Assembly: GCA_964016885.1 (NCBI GenBank)
Contig: OZ024741.1
Span: 183,644,001-183,708,000, forward strand
Origin: Eledone cirrhosa
Lineage: Eukaryota
Length of the DNA stretch: 64,000 bases
Direction: 5' to 3'
Shown: positions 1 through 14,642 of the stretch, piece by piece
Layout of the letters: each line of letters opens with the position of its first letter
How positions within the stretch are numbered: position 1 is the stretch's first letter
Position numbers and translations under genes: made by a program
The notes under the pieces: model-generated
Databases searched by the model: none
What the model was told of the DNA's origin: nothing
Seen by the model: only the letters and a program-made list of their open reading frames with translations

Positions 1-27
1 ATATATATATATATATACATATATATG

Positions 28-105
<78 letters not shown>

Positions 106-168
106 TACATATATATGTATGTATATGTATATATATTTATATATATGTATATATATATACATATACAT

Positions 169-217
<49 letters not shown>

Positions 218-250
218 CATATATATATATACATACATACATATATATAT

Positions 251-310
<60 letters not shown>
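1..310. repeat. Imperfect (TA)n microsatellite (one of dozens of TA/CA/TATG/TATC/GA tracts in the window)
   Basis: Directly visible; produces the spurious YIYIYI ORFs. Confidence 0.98.
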
Positions 311-313
<3 letters not shown>

Positions 314-397
314 AAGGCGCGTGGCTGAGTGGTTAGAGAATTGGATTCGCAATCGGGCGATGCGTTATGTCCTTGAGCAAGACACTTTATTTCACGT
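311..397 (+). mobile_element. 5' part of a tRNA-derived SINE (internally deleted)
   Basis: GAAGGCGCGTGGCTGAGTGGTTAGAG (Pol III A-box-like head) followed by TGTCCTTGAGCAAGACACTTTATTTCAC, a motif typical of mollusc/deuterostome SINE bodies; B box missing. Confidence 0.7.
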
Positions 398-554
398 CGT
401 TTCTTCTACCTGGAGTTGCGACCGATAGAATGTATTAGCAATTGGAAAAACCAATGGAAACATTGTTTCCTCGGTCCGATTTGACGAAAGTCAATCGACT
501 CCTATATATATATATATATATGTAAAATGAATATATATATATATATATATACTC

Positions 555-586
<32 letters not shown>

Positions 587-740
587 AAGATATATATATA
601 TACACACATATTCATTTCTTCCAAGATGGCCGATTGAATACGCACGTGTGATTTTTTTTCTCCCAAATTTCTTTCTCATTTTCCCTGTTTCTTCCTTCCA
701 TCACTCTTGACTTTCTATTTATCTTCTATTTCTAACTCTA

Positions 741-777
741 TCTTCTGATGAAGGACTAGTGTCTGAAACGTTAAAAC
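741..777 (+). ncRNA. Degenerate minimal hammerhead ribozyme
   Basis: CTGATGA (745-751), stem II GGAC-tagt-GTCT, GAAA-CG-TTA (palindromic AACGTT); stem I poorly paired. Confidence 0.45.
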
Positions 778-893
778 TTTCTTCCTGCTATTTCAAGCGT
801 TAAACTAATATATTTCTTTCATGTACTGTGCTATTGTTTTGTTATTTTGTTATTACTTTTGCATACACCCCCACACACTCATACCCCCACCCG

Positions 894-934
<41 letters not shown>

Positions 935-979
935 AATATATATATATAATATATATATAGCCAGTTGTTGAGTAATAAT

Positions 980-1161
980 TGTTTCTATTTTTGGCACAAG
1001 GCCAGCAATTACCCAGTACATTACTGGTACTTTATTTTATCGACCCCGTAAGGATGAAAGGCAAAGTTAACCTCGGCGGTATTTGAACTCAGATCATAAA
1101 GGGACGTAACTCTATGCTTCAAAACATGGTGTCCGACTCTCTACCGATACTGCCAATCTAC
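980..1161 (-). mobile_element. CORE-type tRNA-derived SINE (family A)
   Basis: Shared body TTTATTTTATCGACCCCGTAAGGATGAAAGGCAAAGTTAACCTCGGCGG..ATTTGAACTC (B box on minus); 13-bp TSD GTTGAGTAATAAT at 967-979 and 1162-1174. Confidence 0.9.
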
Positions 1162-1567
1162 GTTGAGTAATAATACATTTCTATATGTGACGCCTGTTTG
1201 AACACTATGCTTTTACTTGAATTAGATATTCAATGTTAAATGTATATGTATGAACATACGTACGTAATTATGCATGTATGTAGACACCGAAATTTGTTTG
1301 TTAGCGTAATACGTAGTGTTTGTATTAAGCATGAGAGATTGAAGTTTCAGTTTAATATATTTTAATTGTAATCCTGCGTAACATGTGTGTCGCAAATGAA
1401 CATATTCCGATTCTGATTTCTACAGTGTCTGATAAGTAAATCGATCCCAGAGTTGAAGCCGATTGTGATCGATTAAGGCTTCAAGCTGGTCATTTGCGAA
1501 TAAAACATGTTAAACTGAAACTTCTATCTCTCATTCTTAATATGCACACACACACACACACGCACAC

Positions 1568-1741
<174 letters not shown>

Positions 1742-1903
1742 TAGAATTGGAGCTCTGAAATAGCAATATATATATGGATGTATATATAATGTATTTTGCA
1801 ATACACTTTATGCTTAATTAAAAGCATTTTGAAGACCGTAAGCTATTGTTTTTTAGAGTAGTGACAAATTCACTTACTTTGATCTCAGCAAACAGGGGAG
1901 ATA

Positions 1904-1948
1904 AGCCGACAAGGCGTTGTTTCGCTTTTGTTGAAGCTTATCAAGGCT
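1904..1948 (-). ncRNA. Minimal type I hammerhead ribozyme, U3-A8 variant (left-arm copy)
   Basis: Reverse complement of 1983-2027 with one change in stem III. Confidence 0.7.
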
Positions 1949-1982
1949 AACCACTCCCATCTGTAGACAGGTGGGAGTAGTT

Positions 1983-2027
1983 AGCCTTGATAAGCTTCAA
2001 CAAAAGCGAAACAAGGCCTTGTCGGCT
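1983..2027 (+). ncRNA. Minimal type I hammerhead ribozyme, U3-A8 variant
   Basis: Stem I AGCC/GGCT; core TTGATAA (1987-1993); stem II GCTT-caacaa-AAGC; GAAA (2008-2011); self-complementary stem III CAAGGCCTTG; GUC cleavage after 2023. Confidence 0.8.
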
Positions 2028-2153
2028 TATCTCCCCTGTTTGCTGAGATCAAAGTAAGTGAATTTGTCACTACTCTAAAAAACAATAGCTTACGGTCTTC
2101 AAAATGCTTTTAATTAAGCATAAAGTGTATTGCAAAATACATTATATATACAT

Positions 2154-2300
<147 letters not shown>

Positions 2301-2473
2301 CTTTTATTCTTTATTCTTTCACTGGTTTCTATCTCTAGACTGCTGCCCTTGACTTTAGTCCATCACATCAACCACAGTATTTTTTTTCAAATCCAGTACT
2401 TATATATATATCGATATCTTTTTTGTTGAACTAGTAAGTTACGGGACCCAAACATTGACACAGACACGAACGT

Positions 2474-2581
<108 letters not shown>

Positions 2582-2603
2582 GCACACGCACGCACACGCA
2601 CGC

Positions 2604-3812
<1,209 letters not shown>

Positions 3813-4294
3813 AGCTTCTTCTTCACTTATCACGCCTGCCACTCACTACAAATATCATCACCTTATGAACACATACTTCCTACCAATATATACTTTTTCT
3901 CCCTCATCTCTTTCTATATATTTTTTATTTTTTTATTTTTTTCATTTGACTTATAAAGCCCCCACCACTATTTTCTACCATACCTTTAACACATACACAC
4001 CCACCATCTTCATCCTTTACCCAGATCACTTTTTAACTATCCAGATCTCATCACAAACACTTACTCTCTACTACAACTTTTACACACCTTTTCTCCCTTA
4101 CCTGTTCTTATAAATTGTTTTTAATAATTGATCTCAGTTTTACCCCCCCCCTTATCCTTACTTACCCACTAGGATTTTAAGTGTACTCACATAAGGTTGT
4201 ATGTGGGCGCATATGCAGACAGGCTTATGTGTACATACATATATACGTGTTTATATTATTTTATTGTATGTGTGTGTGTGTATGTGTGTGTATA

Positions 4295-4382
<88 letters not shown>

Positions 4383-4764
4383 CGTGGATGTATGTATATG
4401 TGTGTGTGTATATATATATATATATGTGTGTATGTGTACGCGTACTTATAAACATAGGGATATTTATTTTGTCGGTTATTCAACACAAATATATAATTTT
4501 AATTGATTCGAAGCACTCAACAGAATTTTCTGGAGTATAATATCATTTTTTTATTTTTTCATTTTTTGGTACCCCCCTTTTTATACACCCACTTGCGAGA
4601 AGTGTGTGTATTTATAGTTTGTCTGCCTATATGTTTATGCACACACACACACGCACGTGTATGTGTGTGTGTGTATTTTTATATGTGTGTGTATGTATAG
4701 GTGTGTGTGTGTGTATTTTTATGTATACATGTGTCTATATATATATATATAGATATATATATAT

Positions 4765-5886
<1,122 letters not shown>

Positions 5887-6131
5887 GTGTATATATAAGT
5901 ATATATATGGATATATATATATGTGTGTATGTGTATGCATATATGTTTTTGTATATATGTGTATGTGTGTATGGATTTACGTATATGTTTATATGTATGC
6001 GTGTGTTGATTTTTTATTGCGTTCGTGTGTGCGCGCGCGTATGTATACGTATGTACGTGGGTTATGCACCTTTGAGATTCGTCTATCTAATTTATTGTAT
6101 GTGTATGTATGTGGATGTGTGTATATGTATG

Positions 6132-6166
<35 letters not shown>

Positions 6167-6404
6167 ATATATGCATATATATATATATATAGATATATGT
6201 ATGTATATATATATATATGTATATATATGTATGTATATTTATTTTATATATATATATATACATATATGTGTGTGTGTGTTTGTATAGGTATATATACATG
6301 TATATGTGTATATTTATATATATATATGCATATCGTGTGTATTTGTTTATTTATAAGTTGTTTTTATTTAACCCCCCCCCCACCTTTCGTTTTTATTTTC
6401 TTAT

Positions 6405-7188
6405 ATATCGTTTTTTTTGGCTTAACTGGTTAATGGCTTCTTGACCGCCTTCTCAGTTTGCATGGCCTTTATAACATATGTTTATTGCTCTGGTCTTTAG
6501 CCCATGGAGCGCTTGCCAGCATGACTCGGAATATGCGTTACGTTTCACTTCTACCCGCCGAAATGCGATTCTCGGTGAATTTTTATTTGTATTAATCTCC
6601 CGTGTCTTACAATTAACCTGTTAATAATTCTATTGACTGATTAATTGCATAAGTTTATTTTAAAAACTACCCGGTCGAGAGCTTATTCGATTTCTGTTGT
6701 TTATGCATTTTTTTTTGCATGGATTTACACATACTGAATTCATTTGCCAAAATCTGGGGGTTTTTCCCTTGTGAGTTACACATGTGCTTTTACAAAACAC
6801 TGTGTCATCCAGAACACTGGCGCAGAACAAAATACCTGTTGATAACGTGATATTCTTCGTTCGATCATTATACCAAAGGCTTATTGTTTTAATCAGACAG
6901 TATTTTGATTTAGGTGTCGCAGAAACCCTGTATTGGATTTTACCATCAATTTCTGAAGGTCCGGGTGAATATGTCATTTATTTTGTCTGACCCGTTTAGC
7001 TTTTATCGTTTTTTTTTTTTGGCTTAGGTGGTTAATGGCTTCTTGACCGACTTCTCAGTTTGTATGGCCTTTATAACATATGTTTATTGCTCTGGTCTCT
7101 TTATCCCATGGAGCGCTTGCCAGCATGACTCGGAATTTGCATTACATTTCGCTTCTTCTACCTGGTGAAATGCGATTCTCGCTGAATG
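6405..7188. repeat. Diverged ~180-bp direct repeat (6405-6580 and 7004-7188), ~600-bp period
   Basis: TGGTTAATGGCTTCTTGACCG..CCCATGGAGCGCTTGCCAGCATGACTCGGAAT..GAAATGCGATTCTCG occurs twice. Confidence 0.85.
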
Positions 7189-7203
7189 TTTATATATATA
7201 TAA

Positions 7204-7410
<207 letters not shown>

Positions 7411-7538
7411 TTGAATTTTTTGTTCTTATTTATTTATTTAGTTATTTCTGTTTCTAAACCACTTCCCAATGACTCGTACATATTGATAATTGCTTGTGCA
7501 TGCATGTGTATGTATGTATATGTATGTGTATGTGTATG

Positions 7539-7613
<75 letters not shown>

Positions 7614-7669
7614 GCACATACATATACATACATATACATACATATATATATATACATACACATACATAT

Positions 7670-7765
<96 letters not shown>

Positions 7766-8305
7766 ATGTATGTCTGTATATATATATATATATATGTATA
7801 TGTGTATGTGTGTGTGTGTATGCTTGTATATATGTGTGTATAGGTATGTATATGTACGTATGTGTATATATGTGTGTATGTGTATGTGTATATACACGTG
7901 CGCGTGTGTATAGAGCTTTTCGTTTTTGTGTTTTTGTGTTCGTATATATGTATGTTTATATGTGCATGTACACCCCTTTTTATTTGTGTGCGTGTGTATT
8001 TGTGTGTACATATTTGAGTGCATATATATCTGTGTATATGTATGTGGATGTATTTTTGTTCCCGTTCGTAATTTTATGTAGACGCAAATATGCTTATGTA
8101 AGAAAGTATACGTCTACGTACTATTACGTATATGCGTGTAGTTGAGTGTGTGTATGTTTATGTTCTGGATATTCGTTTTTTATATATATTTTTTGTAACA
8201 TTTTTTTGCCCTATTTCCTTTTTGCCCGTTTTTTTCAGCCTCACTTTCATATTTCCTTCATTTTGTTTTCAAATCCATATTTAATATAAAACACCATGTT
8301 ATTTA

Positions 8306-8366
8306 TTCATTCTGATGACTGAAGACAGACACATCATCTGTCTTCAAGAAACCACTGGTAAATGAA
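8306..8366 (+). ncRNA. Type I hammerhead ribozyme
   Basis: Stem I TTCATT/AATGAA; CTGATGA (8312-8318); 10-bp stem II TGAAGACAGA/TCTGTCTTCA; GAAA (8348-8351); stem III CC-act-GG; GUA cleavage after 8360. Confidence 0.88.
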
Positions 8367-8396
8367 ATAATTATCTTATGTTGTTTATTACATAAC

Positions 8397-8465
<69 letters not shown>

Positions 8466-8470
<5 letters not shown>

Positions 8471-8658
8471 AACCAGTAAGACCCCGACAGCTGAGCTCAA
8501 GCCGTTTCGACGGCTAATTCAGTCCAGAATTAGCCGTCGAAACGGCTTGAGCTCAGCCGTCGGGGTCTTACTGGTTCCTATTACCCACTCTACTACCCTA
8601 AGTACTTGAGTACTTTGGTGCGTTATGGTCCACCTGGTTCCTTACCACATTTCCTTCG

Positions 8659-8660
<2 letters not shown>
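8466..8660 (+). mobile_element. Fold-back cassette: palindrome 8466-8581 made of two hammerhead 3' halves, plus ~80-bp tail
   Basis: Arms 8466-8520/8527-8581; each arm read outward approximates GAATTAGCCGTC-GAAA-CGGC-ttgagctca-GCCG-TC-GGGGT; tail 8581-8660 is the reverse complement of 9376-9455. Confidence 0.75.
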
Positions 8661-8712
<52 letters not shown>

Positions 8713-9226
8713 CCCTTTGGGAAAACCACGTGTCTTATAGTGGTGCTTACTGCTAGAACGCGCACCCGCGAGGTCCAGACCGAAAAACTTGTTGACGAAG
8801 TAAATTCCTTTGTTCTGTCGTCAAAAACCATTAACTTGCAGACCCCTGCAAGTGGATTTTGTCGATTTCGGATTTACAGAAACCTAGCGGAGATGTTATA
8901 TATTATATGTGATGTATATTGTATGGTATATATTATGTGTTGTCTATGATATTAACGCGATGGTCCAGGTCAGTCAAAGATTTTTCCTGAGTTCGGTTTT
9001 CTTCGTCGCTATGGTCACTGTGGCCCGTCTGTCGATCGCTGTATTTGATTTGCAAAGCTGTCTAAACGTAATGTTATAACTCTAGGGATTATTCCCTATT
9101 GAGTGCTTAGCTGCACACCGAAACTGCATTCGTTAGCTTGGCTGCATCCAAAAGCTTCGTTGATGCTGTGCTAAATTTTGTATATATATATATATATATA
9201 AATACCATATTTATTTTTTGATACCC

Positions 9227-9277
9227 AGATTCCTGATGATTTCTAAAGAATGAAACAGTTCTAGTCCTGTAGAATCT
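9227..9277 (+). ncRNA. Type I hammerhead ribozyme
   Basis: Stem I AGATTC/GAATCT; CTGATGA (9233-9239); stem II TTC/GAA closed by U.U; GAAA (9252-9255); stem III CAG/CTG; GUA cleavage after 9271. Confidence 0.85.
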
Positions 9278-9375
9278 CATCTATATTAAAACTTTTATAC
9301 TCTGCAATGTATTGAGTACCTTACTTACTGTGGTTACCTCCGATTCAACCCGGAATAACGTATATATATATATAT

Positions 9376-9572
9376 AACGAAGGAAGTGTGGGAAGGAACC
9401 AGATGGACCATAACGTACCAGAGTACTCAATACTTAGGGTAGTAGAGTGGGTAATATGAAAATGTTTAACCCCGATGGCAGAGCTCAAGCCGTTTCGACG
9501 GCTAATGCTGCAGTCCAGAAATAGCCATCGAAACGGCTTGAGCTCTGCCGTCGGGGTTAAACATTTTCATAT
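9376..9572 (-). mobile_element. Second, diverged copy of the fold-back half-hammerhead cassette (inverted relative to 8466-8660)
   Basis: Palindrome 9454-9572 containing GAAACGGCTTGAGCTCTGCCGTCGGGG; shares its tail with 8581-8660. Confidence 0.75.
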
Positions 9573-9721
9573 ATATATATATATTAAGACAGGGGGGAAG
9601 AAATAAATGGCTTCACTTGTGCTTTCAACAAATTTATATTCTTCACAAAATCCCAAAAGAATTTTTTTCCGGATTAGAAAAAATTTTTTCTTAAAAAAAA
9701 AAAATTATTTTATAAATTAAG

Positions 9722-9786
<65 letters not shown>

Positions 9787-10251
9787 TATATGTGTGAGTA
9801 TACTAGCAGGTTGTTATAAATGGTGTTAAAATTGGAAGAATACATTGGATAATGTATGTCTGAAAAAAAAATACTGGATGGCCACGGCTGGTAAGTCTGG
9901 TTATATATCTGCGGGATCAAGGTCCACTTATAGCCTAAGAAACAACAACAACAATGACAGGAACGAACCCGTAAAGAATGCAATTGAAATACCCAGTTTT
10001 GTGACATTGAAGCTTTATTTCTTATTCAAAGATCTAGTCCAGTGCTTCTCAGCCTTTTGTGTACCATGCTCCACTTCAACATCTCGGAAATTGTTACCCC
10101 CTACTTTGATATGAATACAGCAATGATCAACTGCAAATTGTAAACACATTGGCGTATATGTGGTGCTAGGTGCACAAGAACATGTGTGGAGTAGGTGAGA
10201 CAGGAGTTTCCGACAATAATAAGACTAAATTTGCTTTAGTGTAAAAGTAAA

Positions 10252-10449
10252 TCATCATCATCGTCATCATCCTGTGGCTTCAGCCGAAATAGACTCAACC
10301 ATTGATCTCCACGTGGGTCTGTCGTTCATTGCTGCCGCCAAATGCTGGATTTCAATACCAGAATCACCGGAGATGACATCGGGATAGGAGAGCTTGCGCC
10401 CCCTATTATTAGTGACTGCTTGTGGTTTCCAAAGCACTAATGGGGACAC
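10252..10449 (-). mobile_element. RTE-clade LINE 3' fragment
   Basis: LWKP..RGRKLSYPDVI..AAAMNDRPTWRSMV resembles the RTE ORF C-terminus; (TGA)n tail; short flanking duplication AGTAAAT. Confidence 0.7.
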
Positions 10450-10657
10450 AGTAAATAAGGTAAAACCTGAAGTTTGTTCTCATAACATCGTTTTCAAATT
10501 CCCCTTCCTTAAATATTCAAATTACGCCTCTGTGGGGCGAGTACCCAACGTAAGGAATCACTGATATAGTCTTATGTCACAAATGTTACGTCGAGTCCAC
10601 ATGATAGTTATGTTAAAGGTACAAGCATCTTTGACATACTCAACCACTTTCACTATA

Positions 10658-10877
10658 TTGGTTTCTGATTTAGGTACGAGGCAAACAAATTTGGTGAAGG
10701 GGAAAGTCGATTAAATCGACACCAGTACATTATTGATACTTTATTTTATCGACTCGGTAAAGATGAAAGGCAAAGCTAACCTCGGCAGGATATGAACTCA
10801 GATGGTAAAGGTGCGTAACCCTATGGCATAAAACATACTGTCTCACGCTCTATCGATACTGTTAATCCACCGCCCTT
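10658..10877 (-). mobile_element. CORE-type SINE (family A, longer variant)
   Basis: Same body motif as 980-1161; 16-bp TSD AACCACTTTCACTATA at 10642-10657 and 10878-10893. Confidence 0.88.
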
Positions 10878-12561
10878 AACCACTTTCACTATAATACAAG
10901 GACTATATCGCTAATTCAAGGACCCAGTCACGCTAACTCCACCCGTGTTAATTATACAAATACCTGGCGGTGGTAGTAGTGGTAGTGGCGTTTGGTGGGG
11001 ACACTCAGCCACTTAAACTATAATCTAATGAGTAGGTAGTTGAGCGAAAAACTGGAATACTCTTCGTTGTAACTAACGTGCGTTTCATTTACGCTCGGAG
11101 AAAGTTGCTCGTCATTCATGTTTACACAGCTGGCTGTGAGCGTATAATCACTGAAATGGTTTCGATTCCCAGATGAAGAAACAAATATATGAAGAAATAA
11201 AAAAAAGGTCTAACTACTTTATCAATACACTTCCTTCCAAAGATGTTGACCATATATTTGTCTTTCTTTTTCATTAGCTTTGTTTGCTTCTTCGTTCGCT
11301 GGTTCGTTCATTCACTTGTTTGTTTCTTTCATTATTTCATTGTGTTTCTTTCCTTTCTTATTTCTTCTTGTTTGTACGTCTTCTTGGCTGGCAGACGACA
11401 ATATTAAAACAACTGATGCATGACTACTATTTCAAATGACTAACCATATTCACGACGTTAGAATGATAAACTTGGACGCTTTTTAACACACATCATCTTG
11501 TCTATTTTGTCTCTTTAACCAACAACCCAGTCATGTGTTTTACTTTTCCTTTCCTTTGTTTATGTATTACCTTTCGTTTTTTTTTTTTATTGTATTTTTC
11601 TGTATTATCCCTACGTTTATACCTGGCACCAACGGTTTTTAAATGGTTTCCTCAAACAATTCTGGCATTTGTTTGCTACAGCCCCTTATATTGTTTCTTC
11701 TTGATCCATGCTGACAGTGTCAAGGGAACATTTTCATCTATATTTCGAGTGGTTGCTTTTCGTTTCAACGATCCAGGCGCCAGACATTTGCATTCACTCT
11801 CCTTCCACCAACTTAACCCAACCTCGTACCCACAACTTATCCAACCACATTCTCAGCCCCAACCAACTCCAAACAACCAGCCCAACCAGCCCAACCAACC
11901 AACTAAACAACATTCTCTCTATTTTTTCCTTTTGTTCTATTTTTCCTTTTATTTATTTTAAATGTTCGTTTTCATTACATTTATATATTGTTTTTTTCTC
12001 TCTCTTCTTTCTTTCTTTCTTTCATTTTCTTTCTTTTTTATTTCTTTATTTCCGTTTGTCTGTCTGTCAGCCTGACTCCGTTTCTTTCAATTCTGCTGCC
12101 GAACCCGCTCCCCTCCGCCTACTTTCTCTTTATTTTATCACGTGTTTGTGACCTGGACATGCGCAAACCGTTAATCTTCATCATTTCCTTGACAACTTCC
12201 AGCCCATATAATCAATTTTTATTTAATTTTTTTCTCCTCTCCTTCTCAGGTTCATCTCCTATATTCACATACACCCTTTCTCTCTCTCACTCCTTTCTTT
12301 CCTTCTTGCTACCTTTATTTCCCCTCCACCAACCGATCCCTACCACATTCTGACGTTCTTCCCAAACCCACTTCTTAACTTATTTCACTTCGCCATTCCA
12401 CGATGAAGAGAACTGTAATTTGCTCCCCTGGGGCGGCTTTCTATTTCTCATCTCATCTCATCCAAACTATTACTTTCCTTCTTTCTTTTACTTCCTCCTT
12501 TCTTTCTATCAATGTATCCATCTGTCTCTTGACAGTCTCGTGATGCCATCACGCTGTTTAC

Positions 12562-12620
<59 letters not shown>

Positions 12621-12756
12621 CCTATCGCTCTTTATATATGTGTGTATGTATGTATGTATGTATGTATGTATGTATGTATGTATGTATGTATGTATGTATG
12701 TATGTATGTATATGTGTATATGTATACACACACACACACACATATATATATATAAG

Positions 12757-12818
<62 letters not shown>

Positions 12819-12856
12819 TACACATACACATGCATACTCACATATATAAATGGATA

Positions 12857-12916
<60 letters not shown>

Positions 12917-13490
12917 TACACAGATACACACACACATACATATATCCACCACTAGTCTCTGATGACGAGATCACGCTTCAGTGAACAGCGAACAAATATT
13001 GCTGCCGGGAGATATCCCATTTTGATTAGAATTGCTTGTCACGTTCCCATGCTGGAATCGATAATACTTCATTCACTAAGTTGGAAGCATGGAAAAATTG
13101 AGGGGGAAAAAAAAAGAGGGAGAGAGAGAGGGGGGGGATAAATATATATATATATAGGGAGAGAGATGGAGAGGGAGAGATAGATAGGCAGATGCAGTGA
13201 GTAATGTAAATAGATATATTAAATAAATGAAAAAAGACAGTAACGATAGAATGAAAAGGGGGGAAGAAGGGGAGCGAAAGATAATAATAATAATAACAAT
13301 GATGATGATGATGATGATGATGGTGATAACAAAAACAAGAAGACAGAAAATATGGCGATGAAAGATGATGAAGATGAAGGAAATGAGGAGGAAGTGGAAG
13401 TGAAGAAGAAGAAGAAGAAGAAGAAGAAGAAGAAGAAGAAGAAGAAGAAGAAGAAGAAGAAGAAAAGGAAGGTAGGAAGGTAGAGAACAG

Positions 13491-14540
13491 GAACAATAGC
13501 TACTACAACAACAATAGCTACTACAACAATAACAGCAACAGCAACAATAGCTACTACAACAACAATAGCTACTACAACAATAACAGCAACAGCAACAATA
13601 GCTACTACAACAATAACAGCAACAGCAACAATAGCTACTACATCAACAATAGCTACTACAACAATAACAGCAACAGCAACAATAGCTACTACAACAATAA
13701 CAGCAACAGCAACAATAGCTACTACAACAATAACAGCAACAGCAACAATAGCTACTACAACAATAACAGCAACAGCAACAATAGCTACTACAACAATAAT
13801 AGCAACAGCAACAACATTGACAGCAACAATAGCTACTACAACAATAACAGCAACAACAACAACATTGACAGCAACAATAGCTACTACAATAATAACAGCA
13901 ACAACAACAATGACAGCAACAATAGCTACTACAATAACAACGACAACAACAACAACAACGGTAACAATAACGACAGCAACAACAACGGTAACAATAACGA
14001 CAGCAACAACAACAAGAGTAACAACAGTAACAACAACAATGACAACAACAGTAATAACAGTAACAACAACAACAGTAACAACAACAGTAACAACAGTAAC
14101 AACAACAGTAACAACAGTAACAACAACAACAACTACGACAACAACAGTAACAACATTAACAACAGTAACAACAACAACTACGACAACAACAACAACAACT
14201 ACGACAATGGCAACAACAGTAACAACAACTACAACAACAACAGTAACAACAGTAACAACAGTAACAACAACAACAACAACTACGACAACAACAACTACGA
14301 CAATGGCAACAGCAGTAACAACAACTACAACAACAACAGTAACAGCAACAACTACGACAACAACAACTACGACAACAACAACTACGACAACAACAACTAC
14401 GACAATGGCAACAGCAGTAACAACTACAACAACAACAGTAACAACAGTAACAACAACAAACACAACAACAACTACGACAACAACAACAGTAACAACAGTA
14501 ACAACAACAACAACAACAACTACGACAACAACAACAGTAA
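13491..14540. repeat. Degenerate (ACA)-based trinucleotide array with a 33-bp higher-order unit in its left half
   Basis: Unit ACAATAGCTACTACAACAATAACAGCAACAGCA repeated; grades into (ACA)/(GTA)/(ACG) mixtures; preceded by (GAA)n at 13403-13463. Confidence 0.92.
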
Positions 14541-14642
14541 CGAGAAACTGCTCAGCCAATGAATGGAGGCAGAGAGAAACAGCGATTAAGAGAAAGTTGG
14601 TTTGAAGATTAACTGTGATGAATGGAAAAATCAGGAACGATA

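Noticed and set aside
12959-13000. CTGATGA as a hammerhead core
   Set aside because: No correctly placed GAAA, stem III or stem I
13219-14605. 446-aa Val-rich and 262-aa Thr-rich ORFs
   Set aside because: Opposite-strand readings of the same trinucleotide array
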